From positions 96,001 to 160,000 of the forward strand of contig CAWFJP010000030.1 of assembly GCA_963816145.1 (NCBI GenBank): a stretch of 64,000 nucleotides of DNA. The letters run 5' to 3'. The notes under the pieces are model-generated. The model had not been told where the DNA came from. It did no database searches and worked only from the letters and a program-made list of their open reading frames with translations. Numbering within the stretch: the first letter of the stretch is position 1; each line of letters starts with the position of its first letter. Positions 11,137-22,544 of this stretch are shown here, piece after piece. A program made the translations under genes and the position numbers. Source of the DNA: an uncultured delta proteobacterium (GTDB taxonomy: Bacteria; Desulfobacterota; Binatia; UBA9968).

Positions 11137-12346
11137 GCGACAATGCCGATCGCACTGTTCCGAAACGACGCGGGCACTACAGGGACATCCTATAATTTTC
11201 CTGTCAAGTAGCAATTTACTGACACCCGTCCATCGAGCATGTTAGCCCCTTGCGAATGCGTTGTTGTTGAACCGGCGAAGCTATCACTTTGAACTCTGCA
11301 GCTAGAGCGGCTCTCTATTCCCCTAGACGCTGATAGATTCCCGGACGAAAATATCGAGCACTTTTAACGTGCGGAACCTCCCCCTGCGTAAAGCAATGGC
11401 AAGGCAAGATTCGATTAAGGTCGCGCGTGGACAGGGTTGAGTAAACAAATGAGTATCTTGCCGAAGCGGTTTCCCGATCCGGCCGCCGGCACCACCTTGG
11501 TGTTTCCCGCAGATGTCGTGAGAACCGCCTCTGCCTAGAGCAAGTCGTAGCCGTGCACGTCAGCGTCTAGCGAAATGGTTCTTTGAGTGACGTGATTGCC
11601 ATCAAAAATGCCCCTCAACAAACCACCGACGGCGCGGGGCTTTGTCTTTGAGAGCCGATAGGCGCTTTCGCTGGGCCAGAGTCCTGCGCGGGCTTCCCGG
11701 CCGCTTACTGAGCTCATCATCGGTCAGCGTGGCCATCACCGCAGGATCCAAACACCACCGCACTAACGTTAACACCTCGTTGGCTCCCCAATGACAATAC
11801 AACGGAACCCGAGAAGAACTTCGCCACCAAGTCATTCGCATACCTGCTGCTCAACACGCCGCTGGATTCTCCTTGAGTTTTCGTTGCGTCGTTATCGGTT
11901 GCGCAACGGCCGCTTCTGCAGGATACTGTCGTAGTTTCAGTGGAAATCAGGTCCGCCACCACATTGGCGCTGTCTTGGTCTGCTTGTTCCAGCGCATCGA
12001 GCAGCAGCGGTCGTGGCAGACTGGGGAGAGACCAAAACGCAACTTGCCGTGATCAAATGACTTTTCGGCATGGCAACCTCCCGCCGTGAGAGAAACTTAG
12101 GACTCATTAATAAAATGGCACTCCACCTCATCGATTCACGAGCCAGCGCCGTCGAAGTTCCCGCGTCCCTGAAAGCTTGAACTAGAGTCGGCATCGGTCG
12201 TCGGAGTTTACGAACTTTCGTTTGGCTGAGACATGAAGTTATTCGACGTGCGTGCGACGATGTTCGGTATTTTTAGCTGCCCTCGTTTCAAGTTGAGAAA
12301 AACATTGATCCAGCGGATTTCATAGGAGGAAATCCGCACGGCTTTC

Positions 12347-12619
12347 AATATCCAACGCCGCCTGTTTCCGGCGACTTAGTAAATGATCGAACCCTGCTCT
12401 ATTTGTTGTTTTCGTGTTTCGTATTCCCGGCGCGATATTCTTTCTTCTCTATAGTCATCGTTTAGCCTATCCATCTGGTAAAATGCACGATAATATCCAA
12501 CGTGCCTGTTTCCGGCGACTTAGTAAATGATCGAACCCTGCTCTATTTGTTGTTTTCGTGTTTCGTATTCCCGGCGCGATATTCTTTCTTCTCTATAGTC
12601 TCGTTAGCCTATCCATCTG
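12347..12619. repeat. ~130-bp direct duplication (12347-12477 and 12492-12619)
   Basis: Near-identical copies differing by a few 1-bp indels; the unit is the 3' end of the adjacent lipoprotein gene. Confidence 0.95.
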
Positions 12620-12744
12620 CGCCTTTTGGCTTGAATCTCATAGCCCGCGCCAGTGGCGACCGCTCCGGTGGCGGCCCCGGCGAGGAACTGACATCCCCAC
12701 TGACATGTAGTCAGCAGCATCAACAATGCAAAATATTTTTTCAT
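12520..12744 (-). pseudogene. Small lipoprotein (~74 aa) with compensating indels, possibly intact in vivo
   Basis: RBS GGAGG, then MKKYFALLMLLTTCQWGCQFLAGAATGAVATGAGYEIQAKR. The intact C-terminus QMDRLNDDYREERISRREYETRKQQIEQGSIIY* is readable in the duplicate copy. Missed by the ORF track. Confidence 0.7.
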
Positions 12745-12807
12745 AGTTCGGCCCTCCGTTGGTTAAAGGATAGACATCCTTTTGTTCGACGCTCGGTAAT
12801 GGATAAG

Positions 12808-12823
12808 GGCAAAGGAGATGCCA
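12808..12823 (-). promoter_or_regulatory. Sigma-54 promoter TGGCATCTCCTTTGCC
   Basis: Matches TGGCAY-N5-TTGC, 64 bp upstream of ATG 12744. UAS-like sites at 12900-12937. Confidence 0.7.
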
Positions 12824-13117
12824 ACCCGGCCGAATGAATCAAACCTTTGATTTCCAGCAAGAAAGCGATGCCGGGAGCGAATCGGTAAGATTTCTTTTTT
12901 GAAGGGATTTGCCCCTGTGAGCGGGATTTTACTAACAGTGGATGCGGCTTGGATGTAAGCAGGAAAATCGCCGAGCATCGGGCGCAACATTCAAAATCTT
13001 TTCCATAATTGCGGTGCGTCGTCCGACCAGCGCTGGAATGAATTTGGCCTCAAGTGCCGCGAGATCCGCGGCATCAAACGATAACTGAAAGGCGTTCGCC
13101 AGACCGCAGGAAGGAGA

Positions 13118-14680
13118 TCAAAACTGTTCAGGTTCGAGTTGTTTGTCTTGGGCGAAATTCTGATTTAGCGGAAGGTGAATAGTGAAGGTGGTTCCCTGTC
13201 CAGGCTCGCTTACCACGTCGATCCTACCGCCGTGAGATTTTATGATTCGCTCACATATCGGCAGACCCAAGCCCATGCCGCGCCACTTCTTAGCGGTAAA
13301 AAATGGCTGAAAGATCTTGGGCAGAGTGTCCGCGTCAATGCCAAAACCGGTATCCGCCACGGCTAGAATCATCTGGTCGGGCGAATTTTGCATTGCCCTC
13401 AACGTTAGCTTTCCACCAGCCGGCATGGCATCCACGGCATTCAAACACAGATTCACCAGCACCTGTTGCAGCTGCTGCGGGTCGGCATGGATGCGCGGCA
13501 ATTGCGGCGCGATCGCCTTGATGGCTTCGACGTTTTGCTTGTACAGCCTTGTCGAGATCATCTCCAACGTTTTATCAACGATCGCTTCGACCTCGGTCAA
13601 AATGAAATCCGTGCTTTTGGGCCGTCCGAATTCCAAAAGATCTCGCACCATTTTTTCACAGCGTTTGGTCTCTTCGGAGATAATCTGTATGGGACGATAG
13701 TTCGGGTCGGCGGGGTCCATGTCAGTTAAAAGTCCTTGAGCAAAGCCAAGAACTATCCCCAAAGGGTTGTTGAACTCATGGGCCATGGAAGCCGATAGCT
13801 CACCGACCGAAACCAGACGGCCCGAGGCGATGAGTTGCTGCTCCAGTTCCTGCGCTTGTTGGCGGAGCTTCTGCTCACTTTCGCGCAGGGCCTGCTCCGT
13901 CTGTTTACGATTGGTGATATCGATGATAGACACGAGGACGAAAGTTACGTCATTGATTTGGATCGGGTTGAGGCCGATCTCGACGGAAACCTCTGATCCA
14001 TCCTTGCGCATGCCAAAGAGGTCAAGACCCGCTCCCATGGGTCGTGATTTTGGATAGGAAAAAAAACTCGCCCGGAAGTCGGCATGTTTCCCGCGAAAGC
14101 GTTCCGGCACGAGCATTTCGATGGACTCGCGGAGCAGCTCCTCACGGGTATACCCGAAAAGATGCTCGGCGTGAGCGTTGGCCAGGACGATGCGCCCATC
14201 CTTTCCAACCATAATCATAGCGTTTGGCGAAGCTTCAACCGCAAGGTGAAACCGCGCCTCACTTTGCTCGAGCGCTTGCTGCTTGACCCGCTCATTCATG
14301 CGGAACAGATCAACGAACACCGCGACCTTGGCTTTCACGACTTCCGGAACGACTGGTTTGAAAAGATAATCGACCGCCCCGCAGACTACCCCTCGATAGA
14401 CGTCCGATTCCAAGGTATCCACCGCGGAAAGAAAAATGATCGGCACGTGGCGCAACCGCTCGCGTTGCCGGATCAGCGCCGCGGTCTCGAATCCGTCCAT
14501 CTCCGGCATGCGCACGTCGAGCAGGATGACGGCAAATTCCTGCCGCATGAGTTCGCGCAGCGCGTCAGTGCCCGACCGAGCCTTGACGATCTTGCGCCCC
14601 GGCCCCGAGAGCAGGGCTTCCATAGCGAGCAAACTTTTTTCGTCGTCGTCAACGACCAAAATGTTCGCCGTGGATTGCAT
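13118..14680 (-). CDS. Hybrid REC-PAS-HisKA-HATPase signalling protein
   Basis: ILVVDD and LLDVRMPEMDG (receiver), PAS (ANAHAEHLFGY), MAHEFNNPL H-box, GMGLGL G2 box. RBS GAGGAGG precedes ATG 14680. Confidence 0.92.
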   Translation of the reverse strand: MQSTANILVVDDDEKSLLAMEALLSGPGRKIVKARSGTDALRELMRQEFAVILLDVRMPEMDGFETAALIRQRERLRHVPIIFLSAVDTLESDVYRGVVCGAVDYLFKPVVPEVVKAKVAVFVDLFRMNERVKQQALEQSEARFHLAVEASPNAMIMVGKDGRIVLANAHAEHLFGYTREELLRESIEMLVPERFRGKHADFRASFFSYPKSRPMGAGLDLFGMRKDGSEVSVEIGLNPIQINDVTFVLVSIIDITNRKQTEQALRESEQKLRQQAQELEQQLIASGRLVSVGELSASMAHEFNNPLGIVLGFAQGLLTDMDPADPNYRPIQIISEETKRCEKMVRDLLEFGRPKSTDFILTEVEAIVDKTLEMISTRLYKQNVEAIKAIAPQLPRIHADPQQLQQVLVNLCLNAVDAMPAGGKLTLRAMQNSPDQMILAVADTGFGIDADTLPKIFQPFFTAKKWRGMGLGLPICERIIKSHGGRIDVVSEPGQGTTFTIHLPLNQNFAQDKQLEPEQF

Positions 14681-17600
14681 TGTAGCGACCTCCTCGTCGC
14701 GCCTGTTGCTTGCCGAATAACCAGATGCGCAACAGTCCAATCAGCTCCTCGCTGTTTACCGGTTTGGCGATATAATCAGACGCCCCCGCTTCCAAACATT
14801 TTTCCCGGTCGCCTTTCATCGCTCTGGCGGTAAGAGCAAGAATCGGCAGGATCTTGTGTCTGGGGTTTTGGCGGATGCGGCGCGTGATTTCGTAGCCGTC
14901 CATTTCCGGCATCATGATGTCCAAGAGCACAGCGTCGATATCGTCGTCTTGATCGAGCAGCGTAATCGCCTCACGACCGGTCTCGGAGTTTACCACCCGC
15001 AGCCCATGCTGCTCGAGCAGACTGGTCAAAGCGAAGATGTTGCGCACGTCATCGTCCACCACGAGCACTTTCCGGCCGTTCAGCGCTTCGTCGGACCGGT
15101 GCAAACGTTCCAGCATTTGCTGTTTGGCAGGCGGCAGCTCCGCAGCGATAGTGTGTAGAAATAGCGTCGTCTCGTCGAGCAGCCGCTCGGGAGATTCTAC
15201 CCCCTTGAGCACCACGCTCTCGGCCATCCGAATAAGTTTCAACTCATCCGCCTCGCTCAGTTCCTGGCCAGTGAACACGACGATCGGGAGATCGCGCAGC
15301 TCCGGCTCTTGACGGATCCGCTCCAACAACTCGAAGCCGGAGATATCCGGCAGTCGAAGATCAAGCACCACGCAGTCGAATTTTTGGCCATGCAGTGCGT
15401 CCCACGATTCGGCACCGCTCGCCGCGGCAACGATCTCAACACCATTGTGAGTGAGAAGCTCAATGATGCTCTGGCGCTCGATGTCGTTATCTTCGATGAT
15501 GAGTAAGCGTCTCTGACGCGCTTGCGCATAGCGGGTGACCCGGTCGATGGCCTCTCTCAGTTCGTCCGTCGTGGCCGGCTTGATCAGATAGGAAAACGCG
15601 CCGCGACCGAGCCCATGGAGCCTTTCCTCTTCCACGCTAACGACCTGGACCGGTATATGACGAGTGGCCGGATCTTGCTTCAAGTGGTTCAATACCGTCC
15701 ATCCCAACATGTCGGGCAGGAAGATATCGAGCACGATCGCCTGAGGCTTGAATTCGTGGGTTAAGGAACGCACCGGAGCGCCGCGAGCCGTCACTACTCC
15801 TTTGAAGCCGCGCTCCCGCGCCAGTCCCAACAAGACCCCGGCGAAATGCGGGTCGTCCTCGACAATCAAGACCACCGGATCGCCCGGCTCCACGGAGTCT
15901 CGGTCGTCGGCAACCTCTTCCGCCTTGACCGCTTGCTGGACGATCAGCGGCATCGGACTCACCGCGGTGCGTCGGGCGTCGACGGTCACGAGTCCGTAGT
16001 TTTGCGGCAGATACAGCGTAAAGGTGCTCCCGAGTGTGGGCGCGCTGATGAGGCGAATCTCGCCGCCGAGCAGAGTCGCCAGCTCGCGGCTAATCGCCAA
16101 GCCCAGACCCGTCCCGCCGTAACGCCGGCTCGTACCCGCGTCAGCCTGGTGGAAGGCTTCAAAAATGATCTTCTGCTTGTCCTGGGCGATGCCGATGCCG
16201 GTGTCTTTAACCTCGAAGGCAATCACCGTCGCAGCGCTTGCCAGCAGCTGATGATCGGGACTAAAACCGCTCTTCGCGACTTTCATAGTGAACGTGACGC
16301 TGCCGTGGCTGGTGAACTTAAACGCGTTGGACAGCAGGTTCTTTAACACCTGCTGCAAGCGCTTCAGGTCCGTGGTCAGCGCGGTCGGCAGCTCATCATC
16401 CATTTCAATATGAAAAGCCAGATGGCGCGCCTCGGCGACGTGGCGGAAGCTTCGCTCCACCGCCTCGCGCAGCTTGGCGAACGATACTGCTTCCGGTTCG
16501 ACCGTAACTGTGCCCGATTCGATCTTGGAGAGATCGAGAATGTCAGTGATCAGATTCAGCAAATCGGTGCCGGCAGCGTGAATATTCTTGGAAAACTCGA
16601 CCTGCTTCGGCTCCAGGTTGTGCGCGGAATTGTCGGCCAGCTGCTGGGCCAGAATTAAGATACTGTTAAGCGGCGTGCGCAACTCGTGCGACATATTGGC
16701 AAGAAATTCAGATTTGTACTTGGAAGTCAGCGCCAGCTCGGCGGCTTTTTCCTCTAGCGCATGTCGCGCCTGCTCGATTTCTTGATTCTTCCGCTCGACC
16801 TCGGCATTTTGCTCGGCCAGCTGTTTCGCCTTAGTGCCAAGTTCCTGATTGGTTTGCTGTAATTCAGTCTGCTGCGCCTGCAGCTCTCGGGCAAGCTCCT
16901 GTGACTGCTGCAGCAAACCTTCAGTGCGCATAGTCGCCTCAATCGTGTTGAGCACAATGCCGATGCTTTCGGTGAGCTGAGCGAGAAAGGTCTGGTGCGT
17001 TGAGGTAAACTCTTTGACCGAGGCCAATTCAATGACGGCTTTGGTCGCGCCCTCAAAGAGCACCGGGAAGACAATCAAGTTACGCGCCCGGGTATCGCCC
17101 AGGGCGGAGCCGATGCGGACGTAATCTCCCGGCACATCGTCGAGAAGGATTCGCCGTTTTTCCAGTGCGCATTGGCCGACCAGACCGGCGCCCAAAGGCA
17201 GACGGTCCGGCACACTCCGGCTGTCAGCCCCGGCATAGCTTGACAGCACCTGAAGGCAGGCGTCACCATTGCTGGCATTCATTTGATAGATCGCGCCGTA
17301 CTGTGCGTTCACCAGAGGCGCCAATTCCGAGAGCAGCATCTGTCCGACCGCGGTAAGATCGCGCTGGCCCTGGAGCATGCTCGTGAACCTGGCGAGGTTG
17401 GTCTTGAGCCAATCCTGCTCCTTGTTCTCGTCCGTGGTGGCGCGCAGGTTATGAATCATTGAGTTGATGTTGTCTTTGAGCTCTGCGACCTCGCCACGCA
17501 CATCCACTTGAATCGCACGCGTGAGATCTCCCTTGGTGACGGCGGTAGCGACATCCGCGATGGCGCGCACCTGAGTGGTCAAATTGGCCGCCAACAGGTT

Positions 17601-20192
17601 GACGTTGTCGGTCAAATCCTTCCAGATGCCGGCCGCGCCGGGAACGTTGGCTTGTCCGCCCAAACGGCCCTCCACGCCGACTTCTCTCGCCACTGTGGTT
17701 ACTTGCTCGGCGAAGATCGCCAGAGTATTGGTCATGTTGTTGATGGTTTCCGCCAGCGCCGCCACTTCGCCTTTGGCCTCGACCGTGAGCTTTTCGCGCA
17801 AACTGCCATTGGCAACTGCGGTAACAACCTTGACGATACCGCGCACTTGCGCGGTTAGATTGGCCGCCATATCGTTGACGTTGTCCGTCAGATCCTTCCA
17901 CGTGCCGGCCACGCCGGGGACCTGCGCTTGGCCGCCGAGCTTTCCTTCCGTGCCGACCTCGCGCGCCACACGGGTCACCTCCGCGGCGAAACTTCGCAGC
18001 TGATCGACCATGGTATTAATGGCATTTTTGAGCTGGAGTATCTCGCCTTTGACGTCCACGGCGATCTTCTTCGATAAGTCGCCATTGGCGACGGCGATCG
18101 TCACCTCGGCGATATTACGCACCTGGGCGGTTAGGTTACCCGCCATGAAATTCACGCTGTCGGTCAAATCTTTCCACGTGCCGGCCACGCCCGGCACCAC
18201 TGCCTGGCCGCCGAGCTTGCCATCCGTGCCGACCTCGCGCGCCACGCGGGTGACCTCCGCGGCGAAGCCATTGAGCTGGTCGACCATCGTGTTGATGGCT
18301 TCCTTTAACTGCAATATTTCGCCGCGCACATCGACGGTAATTTTTTTCGACAGATCGCCGTTGGCCACGGCGATGGTCACGTCAGCAATGTTCCTGACTT
18401 GCGCAGTCAAATTGCCGGCCATCAAGTTAACGTTGTCGGTCAAATCTTTCCACGTGCCGGCCACGCCCGGCACCACTGCCTGGCCGCCGAGCTTGCCTTC
18501 CGTGCCGACCTCGCGCGCCACACGGGTGACTTCCGCGGCGAAGCCGTTGAGCTGGTCGACCATCGTGTTGATGGCTTCCTTGAGCTGCAGAATTTCGCCT
18601 TTGACGTCGACGGTAATTTTTTTGGAAAGGTCGCCGTTGGCGACGGCGATCGTGACATCGGCGATGTTTCTCACCTGGCCGGTCAAGTTGCCGGCCATCG
18701 CGTTGACGCTATCAGTCAGGTCCTTCCACGTTCCAGCAACGCCGGGGACCTGCGCTTGGCCGCCGAGCTTGCCATCCGTGCCAACCTCGCGCGCTACCCG
18801 CGTTACTTCCGCGGCGAAGCCGTTGAGCTGGTCGACCATCGTGTTGATGGCTTCCTTGAGGAGCAAAATCTCACCGCGCACGTCAACGGTGATTTTCTTC
18901 GATAAGTCACCGTTGGCGACGGCGATCGTGACATCGGCGATGTTTCTCACCTGGCCGGTCAAGTTGCCGGCCATGATATTGACGCTTTCCGTCAGGTCCT
19001 TCCATACGCCGCTCACATCGCGGACCTGCGCCTGGCCGCCGAGCTTTCCTTCCGTGCCGACCTCGCGCGCCACACGGGTGACCTCCGCAGCGAAACTTCG
19101 CAGCTGATCGACCATGGTGTTGATGGTGTCTTTGAGTTGGAGGATCTCGCCTTTGACGTCCACGGCGATCTTCTTGGACAAATCGCCATTGGCGACGGCG
19201 ATTGTCACTTCGGCGATATTACGCACCTGGGCGGTTAAGTTACCCGCCATGAAATTCACGCTGTCGGTCAAATCTTTCCATGTGCCGGCGACCCCCGGCA
19301 CCACCGCCTGGCCGCCGAGCTTGCCATCCGTGCCGACCTCGCGCGCCACACGGGTGACCTCCGCAGCGAAACTTCGCAGCTGATCGACCATGGTGTTGAT
19401 GGTGTCTTTGAGTTGGAGGATCTCGCCTTTGACGTCCACGGCGATCTTCTTGGACAAATCGCCATTGGCGACGGCGATTGTCACTTCGGCGATATTACGC
19501 ACCTGGGCGGTTAAGTTACCCGCCATGAAATTCACGCTGTCGGTCAAATCTTTCCATGTGCCGGCGACCCCCGGCACCACCGCCTGGCCACCGAGCTTGC
19601 CATCCGTGCCGACCTCGCGCGCCACCCGGGTGACCTCCGCGGCGAAGTTGTCGAGCTGTACGACCATGGCGTTGACCATCTTTGCGACGCGCAAAAACTC
19701 GCCGCGCAGCGGTTGTCCCTCCGCCTCCAGAGCCATGGTTTGGTTCAGATCGCCTTTGACAACCGAGCCGATCACCCGCGCCATCTCCGTGGTCGGCCGA
19801 ACCAGGCTATCGATCAACTCGTTGATCGCATTGACCTGAACCTTCCATGCCCCTCCAGCGGCAGGAAGCGCCGCCCGCTGAGATATCTTCCCTTCTTTGC
19901 CGACGACACGGTTGACGCGCTCGAATTGCTTCGTGCTCTCGGCCATCAGTTCGATAATCTCATTGAGAGTATCGGCGATCTTTCCGTCGATGCCGCTCCA
20001 AAAGTCGGGAAGCCGAGCCGAGAAATCGCCTTTTTTAATCGACGTGAGCACGGTGAGAAGCTGCTTGCTGTTCAGCTTGTCGCCATCGACTGCAAGCGCG
20101 CTTTTAGTCGGCATAAACTTTCTCCCGCTCGACCGACTCAGGGCCAATGGTCTAGCGCGCTGTTTGACTTTTGTTGAGTCTTTCGCGCTCAT
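14649..20192 (-). CDS. Cytoplasmic poly-HAMP hybrid histidine kinase (HAMP repeats-GAF-HisKA-HATPase-3xREC), OsaA / fungal group III-like
   Basis: About 8-9 repeats of 92 aa ([17 protein letters not shown]), [17 protein letters not shown] and three receiver domains. No obvious TM helix. Confidence 0.93.
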   Translation of the reverse strand: MSAKDSTKVKQRARPLALSRSSGRKFMPTKSALAVDGDKLNSKQLLTVLTSIKKGDFSARLPDFWSGIDGKIADTLNEIIELMAESTKQFERVNRVVGKEGKISQRAALPAAGGAWKVQVNAINELIDSLVRPTTEMARVIGSVVKGDLNQTMALEAEGQPLRGEFLRVAKMVNAMVVQLDNFAAEVTRVAREVGTDGKLGGQAVVPGVAGTWKDLTDSVNFMAGNLTAQVRNIAEVTIAVANGDLSKKIAVDVKGEILQLKDTINTMVDQLRSFAAEVTRVAREVGTDGKLGGQAVVPGVAGTWKDLTDSVNFMAGNLTAQVRNIAEVTIAVANGDLSKKIAVDVKGEILQLKDTINTMVDQLRSFAAEVTRVAREVGTEGKLGGQAQVRDVSGVWKDLTESVNIMAGNLTGQVRNIADVTIAVANGDLSKKITVDVRGEILLLKEAINTMVDQLNGFAAEVTRVAREVGTDGKLGGQAQVPGVAGTWKDLTDSVNAMAGNLTGQVRNIADVTIAVANGDLSKKITVDVKGEILQLKEAINTMVDQLNGFAAEVTRVAREVGTEGKLGGQAVVPGVAGTWKDLTDNVNLMAGNLTAQVRNIADVTIAVANGDLSKKITVDVRGEILQLKEAINTMVDQLNGFAAEVTRVAREVGTDGKLGGQAVVPGVAGTWKDLTDSVNFMAGNLTAQVRNIAEVTIAVANGDLSKKIAVDVKGEILQLKNAINTMVDQLRSFAAEVTRVAREVGTEGKLGGQAQVPGVAGTWKDLTDNVNDMAANLTAQVRGIVKVVTAVANGSLREKLTVEAKGEVAALAETINNMTNTLAIFAEQVTTVAREVGVEGRLGGQANVPGAAGIWKDLTDNVNLLAANLTTQVRAIADVATAVTKGDLTRAIQVDVRGEVAELKDNINSMIHNLRATTDENKEQDWLKTNLARFTSMLQGQRDLTAVGQMLLSELAPLVNAQYGAIYQMNASNGDACLQVLSSYAGADSRSVPDRLPLGAGLVGQCALEKRRILLDDVPGDYVRIGSALGDTRARNLIVFPVLFEGATKAVIELASVKEFTSTHQTFLAQLTESIGIVLNTIEATMRTEGLLQQSQELARELQAQQTELQQTNQELGTKAKQLAEQNAEVERKNQEIEQARHALEEKAAELALTSKYKSEFLANMSHELRTPLNSILILAQQLADNSAHNLEPKQVEFSKNIHAAGTDLLNLITDILDLSKIESGTVTVEPEAVSFAKLREAVERSFRHVAEARHLAFHIEMDDELPTALTTDLKRLQQVLKNLLSNAFKFTSHGSVTFTMKVAKSGFSPDHQLLASAATVIAFEVKDTGIGIAQDKQKIIFEAFHQADAGTSRRYGGTGLGLAISRELATLLGGEIRLISAPTLGSTFTLYLPQNYGLVTVDARRTAVSPMPLIVQQAVKAEEVADDRDSVEPGDPVVLIVEDDPHFAGVLLGLARERGFKGVVTARGAPVRSLTHEFKPQAIVLDIFLPDMLGWTVLNHLKQDPATRHIPVQVVSVEEERLHGLGRGAFSYLIKPATTDELREAIDRVTRYAQARQRRLLIIEDNDIERQSIIELLTHNGVEIVAAASGAESWDALHGQKFDCVVLDLRLPDISGFELLERIRQEPELRDLPIVVFTGQELSEADELKLIRMAESVVLKGVESPERLLDETTLFLHTIAAELPPAKQQMLERLHRSDEALNGRKVLVVDDDVRNIFALTSLLEQHGLRVVNSETGREAITLLDQDDDIDAVLLDIMMPEMDGYEITRRIRQNPRHKILPILALTARAMKGDREKCLEAGASDYIAKPVNSEELIGLLRIWLFGKQQARRGGRYNAIHGEHFGR
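17600..19660. repeat. 276-bp coding tandem repeat (HAMP units)
   Basis: Period of 276 nt; 19051-19349 and 19327-19625 are almost identical. Confidence 0.92.
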
Positions 20193-20542
20193 CGACTAAA
20201 TCGGCTTGTGACTCGGCCGGAAAGATGGTGGCTCGTTAGTTCTTATGCACGGCTACAGGACTTGGGATCAGAGCGTGAGAAATAATTGCTCGATCTACGC
20301 ACCCTTCCGCGCACACTGCCTGTCAAAAATACCAGGAAATATAAGGAATCAATGAAGTAGGCTGGAAACCTTGTCGGCAAATCGTCTCTGCGGCCCATCC
20401 TTGTTACAAACTGATTCACCAGCAACTCCGAGTGTAGAGGTTACTCCAAGTCGGCTGGAATCCACTATGCCCTCGCAGTTTGTTCGATAGTGGGTCCGCC
20501 CTCAACAACGCGATAACTCGCAAGCGAAATGATGCTAAAAGT

Positions 20543-20558
20543 TGCAGAAATCATTCCA
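20543..20558 (-). promoter_or_regulatory. Sigma-54 promoter TGGAATGATTTCTGCA
   Basis: GG-N10-GC spacing, upstream of the poly-HAMP kinase. UAS-like sites at 20631-20649 and 20651-20669. Confidence 0.6.
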
Positions 20559-20837
20559 CTTCTTGAGCTGCGGGATGTCATGGATTTTTAATGATATTTT
20601 CATTTACCTCGACCGGTTCGAAAGCAAGTCTATAGGTGTTTTTCCTTCTTTGACGGTAATTTCCCTCCAAGTTGTCGGGTATACGGTTCGCTTAGGCTAG
20701 CTGTTGGGGTTAAAACCCGCTGTGCGCAATACTATCCCCAACTCTCCCGCCAACCAGGCCCATGCGTCCCGGTTTATTATCGAACGGACTATCGCAATCT
20801 CAGAAAAGAGGCGATCAGCGTCGAACTCGGCTTGGCA

Positions 20838-21188
20838 CTACGACGTTGTATGATGCGGAAGTTCAGACGGGGACGAAACCGTGGTCTTGAGTTGGGCATT
20901 TTCCGCTTCGAGTTCGTGGACCCGCTGTTCCAGATCGGCGACGGTATGCTTGGTTTTTTTTATCGCGCGATCTTTTCCATAGATCGTCAACGTCGAGGAA
21001 ACCGACCTGGCAAAATAGAGAATCCCTGCCATGAAGAGTCCGACCAATAACGACCCCACGATAACCAGATACAAGGGGACATCGTTCCAGACGTAGTCGT
21101 TGAGCCGGATCGTCACCGGGCTAATGTTTTGCATTCCAAAGTAAGCGATCGCGATCCCGGAAATAACTGCTACAAGTAAAACCAACAT
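20838..21188 (-). CDS. LapA / DUF1049 family membrane protein
   Basis: Two TM segments with FGMQN and VPLYLVIVGSLLVG, followed by a coiled coil. Confidence 0.75.
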   Translation of the reverse strand: MLVLLVAVISGIAIAYFGMQNISPVTIRLNDYVWNDVPLYLVIVGSLLVGLFMAGILYFARSVSSTLTIYGKDRAIKKTKHTVADLEQRVHELEAENAQLKTTVSSPSELPHHTTS

Positions 21189-21267
21189 TTGATGACGACC
21201 TGCTTTCTCTTGCGCCAACGAAACTCTCAGGTTGAATCATCCGAGTCTACCAATGTTCATCCTGCGC

Positions 21268-21699
21268 TCACTCGGCGAGAGTCTCTGAGAGTCCATGAAT
21301 GGTGTTCAACAGCTCCTGGAGATCGACGGGTTTAGTGAAATAAGCAGTGGCGCCTTTGCCAAACGCGTGTCTTCGGGAATCGCTGGTCGGATAGGCCGTC
21401 ATCATGATCACTTTGATTTCCGGCAAGCGCTGCTTCACTTCATCCAAAAGCGATAGCCCATCCACAGGTCCCATTCTGATGTCGATCAATGCTAAGTCGG
21501 GAGATGCTTTTTCGACGAGCTCCAGAGCTTCTTCGCCGTTCAGTGCGGTTCGCACCTCGTATCCCCGCTTGGTCAAAAACCAATCGAGAAGACTCACAAA
21601 GTTTTGCTCATCATCGACGACCAATACAGATTTGACCACAGTTTTATCCGCACTTATGGTCGAAAAATTGTACATACACCCACATAGAGAGCAAATCAC
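21268..21699 (-). CDS. Single-domain response regulator
   Basis: VLVVDDE, LIDIRMG, MMTAY and FTKP motifs. Start codon uncertain. Confidence 0.9.
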   Translation of the reverse strand: MICSLCGCMYNFSTISADKTVVKSVLVVDDEQNFVSLLDWFLTKRGYEVRTALNGEEALELVEKASPDLALIDIRMGPVDGLSLLDEVKQRLPEIKVIMMTAYPTSDSRRHAFGKGATAYFTKPVDLQELLNTIHGLSETLAE

Positions 21700-21729
21700 C
21701 TTTCGTCAGCGTTAACTCCTTCACAACTA

Positions 21730-21745
21730 AGCAGAAATCATTCCA
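21730..21745 (-). promoter_or_regulatory. Sigma-54 promoter TGGAATGATTTCTGCT
   Basis: GG-N10-GC spacing; 15/16 identical to the 20543 site. UAS-like TGAAGTA-N5-CCCTACA at 21840-21858. Confidence 0.6.
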
Positions 21746-22478
21746 ACACCGGTCATTCCAAAAAAATTGCGATTTTCAAAGGTGTTGTAGTTTCGCCGGA
21801 TTGTCAGTGCGGTTTACTTCAGACGCTTTTCTCCTATTTTGAAGTAAATTTCCCTACAATAAATCATGACGTTAATAAGCTTTGCTAACCATGCGCTTGA
21901 TTCTACTAAACGCGCCAAAGTTTCTGTTGTATCACCCGAGACCGATAACCGATGGCACTTGGCTTTCAGTCGAAAAGATACCCGGGAAATCTAATCCAAG
22001 CAAATGCAGGGCGGCGTTGCCGCACTTCGCCGAATCAACAATGGGAACGGGAGTGGGTGCATGGCTAGCAAAAACTTACATCAATTATCATTAGGAGTCG
22101 TCGGGAAATTTAACAGCGCCCCAAATCCAAGCACGGAGTCATGAATCCCGCGACAATCTGGAATGACGATAAATAGCGTAAGCCATCGCGACCGTCTCGA
22201 GGTCGCTGATTGCCAAGAATTTGGGCTTCTCCTTCTGCGAGCGGCTGTAAACCCATGTGGCGATCGAAACAGCTACGCGAAAGCCTTTGCAGTCGTGAAG
22301 CGCGGCTCGCAAGAGTCACTTGGCGACCATTGACCGTCATCCCTGAAGGATCGTTATAGCAAGTAGACAGTAAAATTCCTCCGCTATCGATATGAAAAGC
22401 TCTTTCTCTCAATCTCGTCAACCGCATCGTTAGTTACAAAAACGCATCAAGTTCAAGCTCATCCGACTACACCTCGGT

Positions 22479-22494
22479 TGGCACCCGGCTTGCT
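22479..22494 (+). promoter_or_regulatory. Sigma-54 promoter TGGCACCCGGCTTGCT
   Basis: Near-perfect consensus, 50 bp before ATG 22545. Confidence 0.8.
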
Positions 22495-22544
22495 CACTTG
22501 CCGTGATGGCGATGAGTGATCGCTTTAGCCAAGGAGGCGCAAGC

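Noticed and set aside
12347-12619. Duplicated segment as a DGR TR/VR pair or ncRNA
   Set aside because: The differences are indels rather than adenine-specific substitutions, and the unit is the 3' end of a lipoprotein gene.
18010-19107. Long antisense ORFs (365 aa here; also 51289-52419 and 40998-41876)
   Set aside because: They are shadow frames opposite well-supported GC-rich genes and show no recognisable motifs.
17600-19660. Long regular repeats as a CRISPR array or DGR template
   Set aside because: They are in-frame 276-bp HAMP coding units with no unique spacers, and no cas or reverse transcriptase genes are present.
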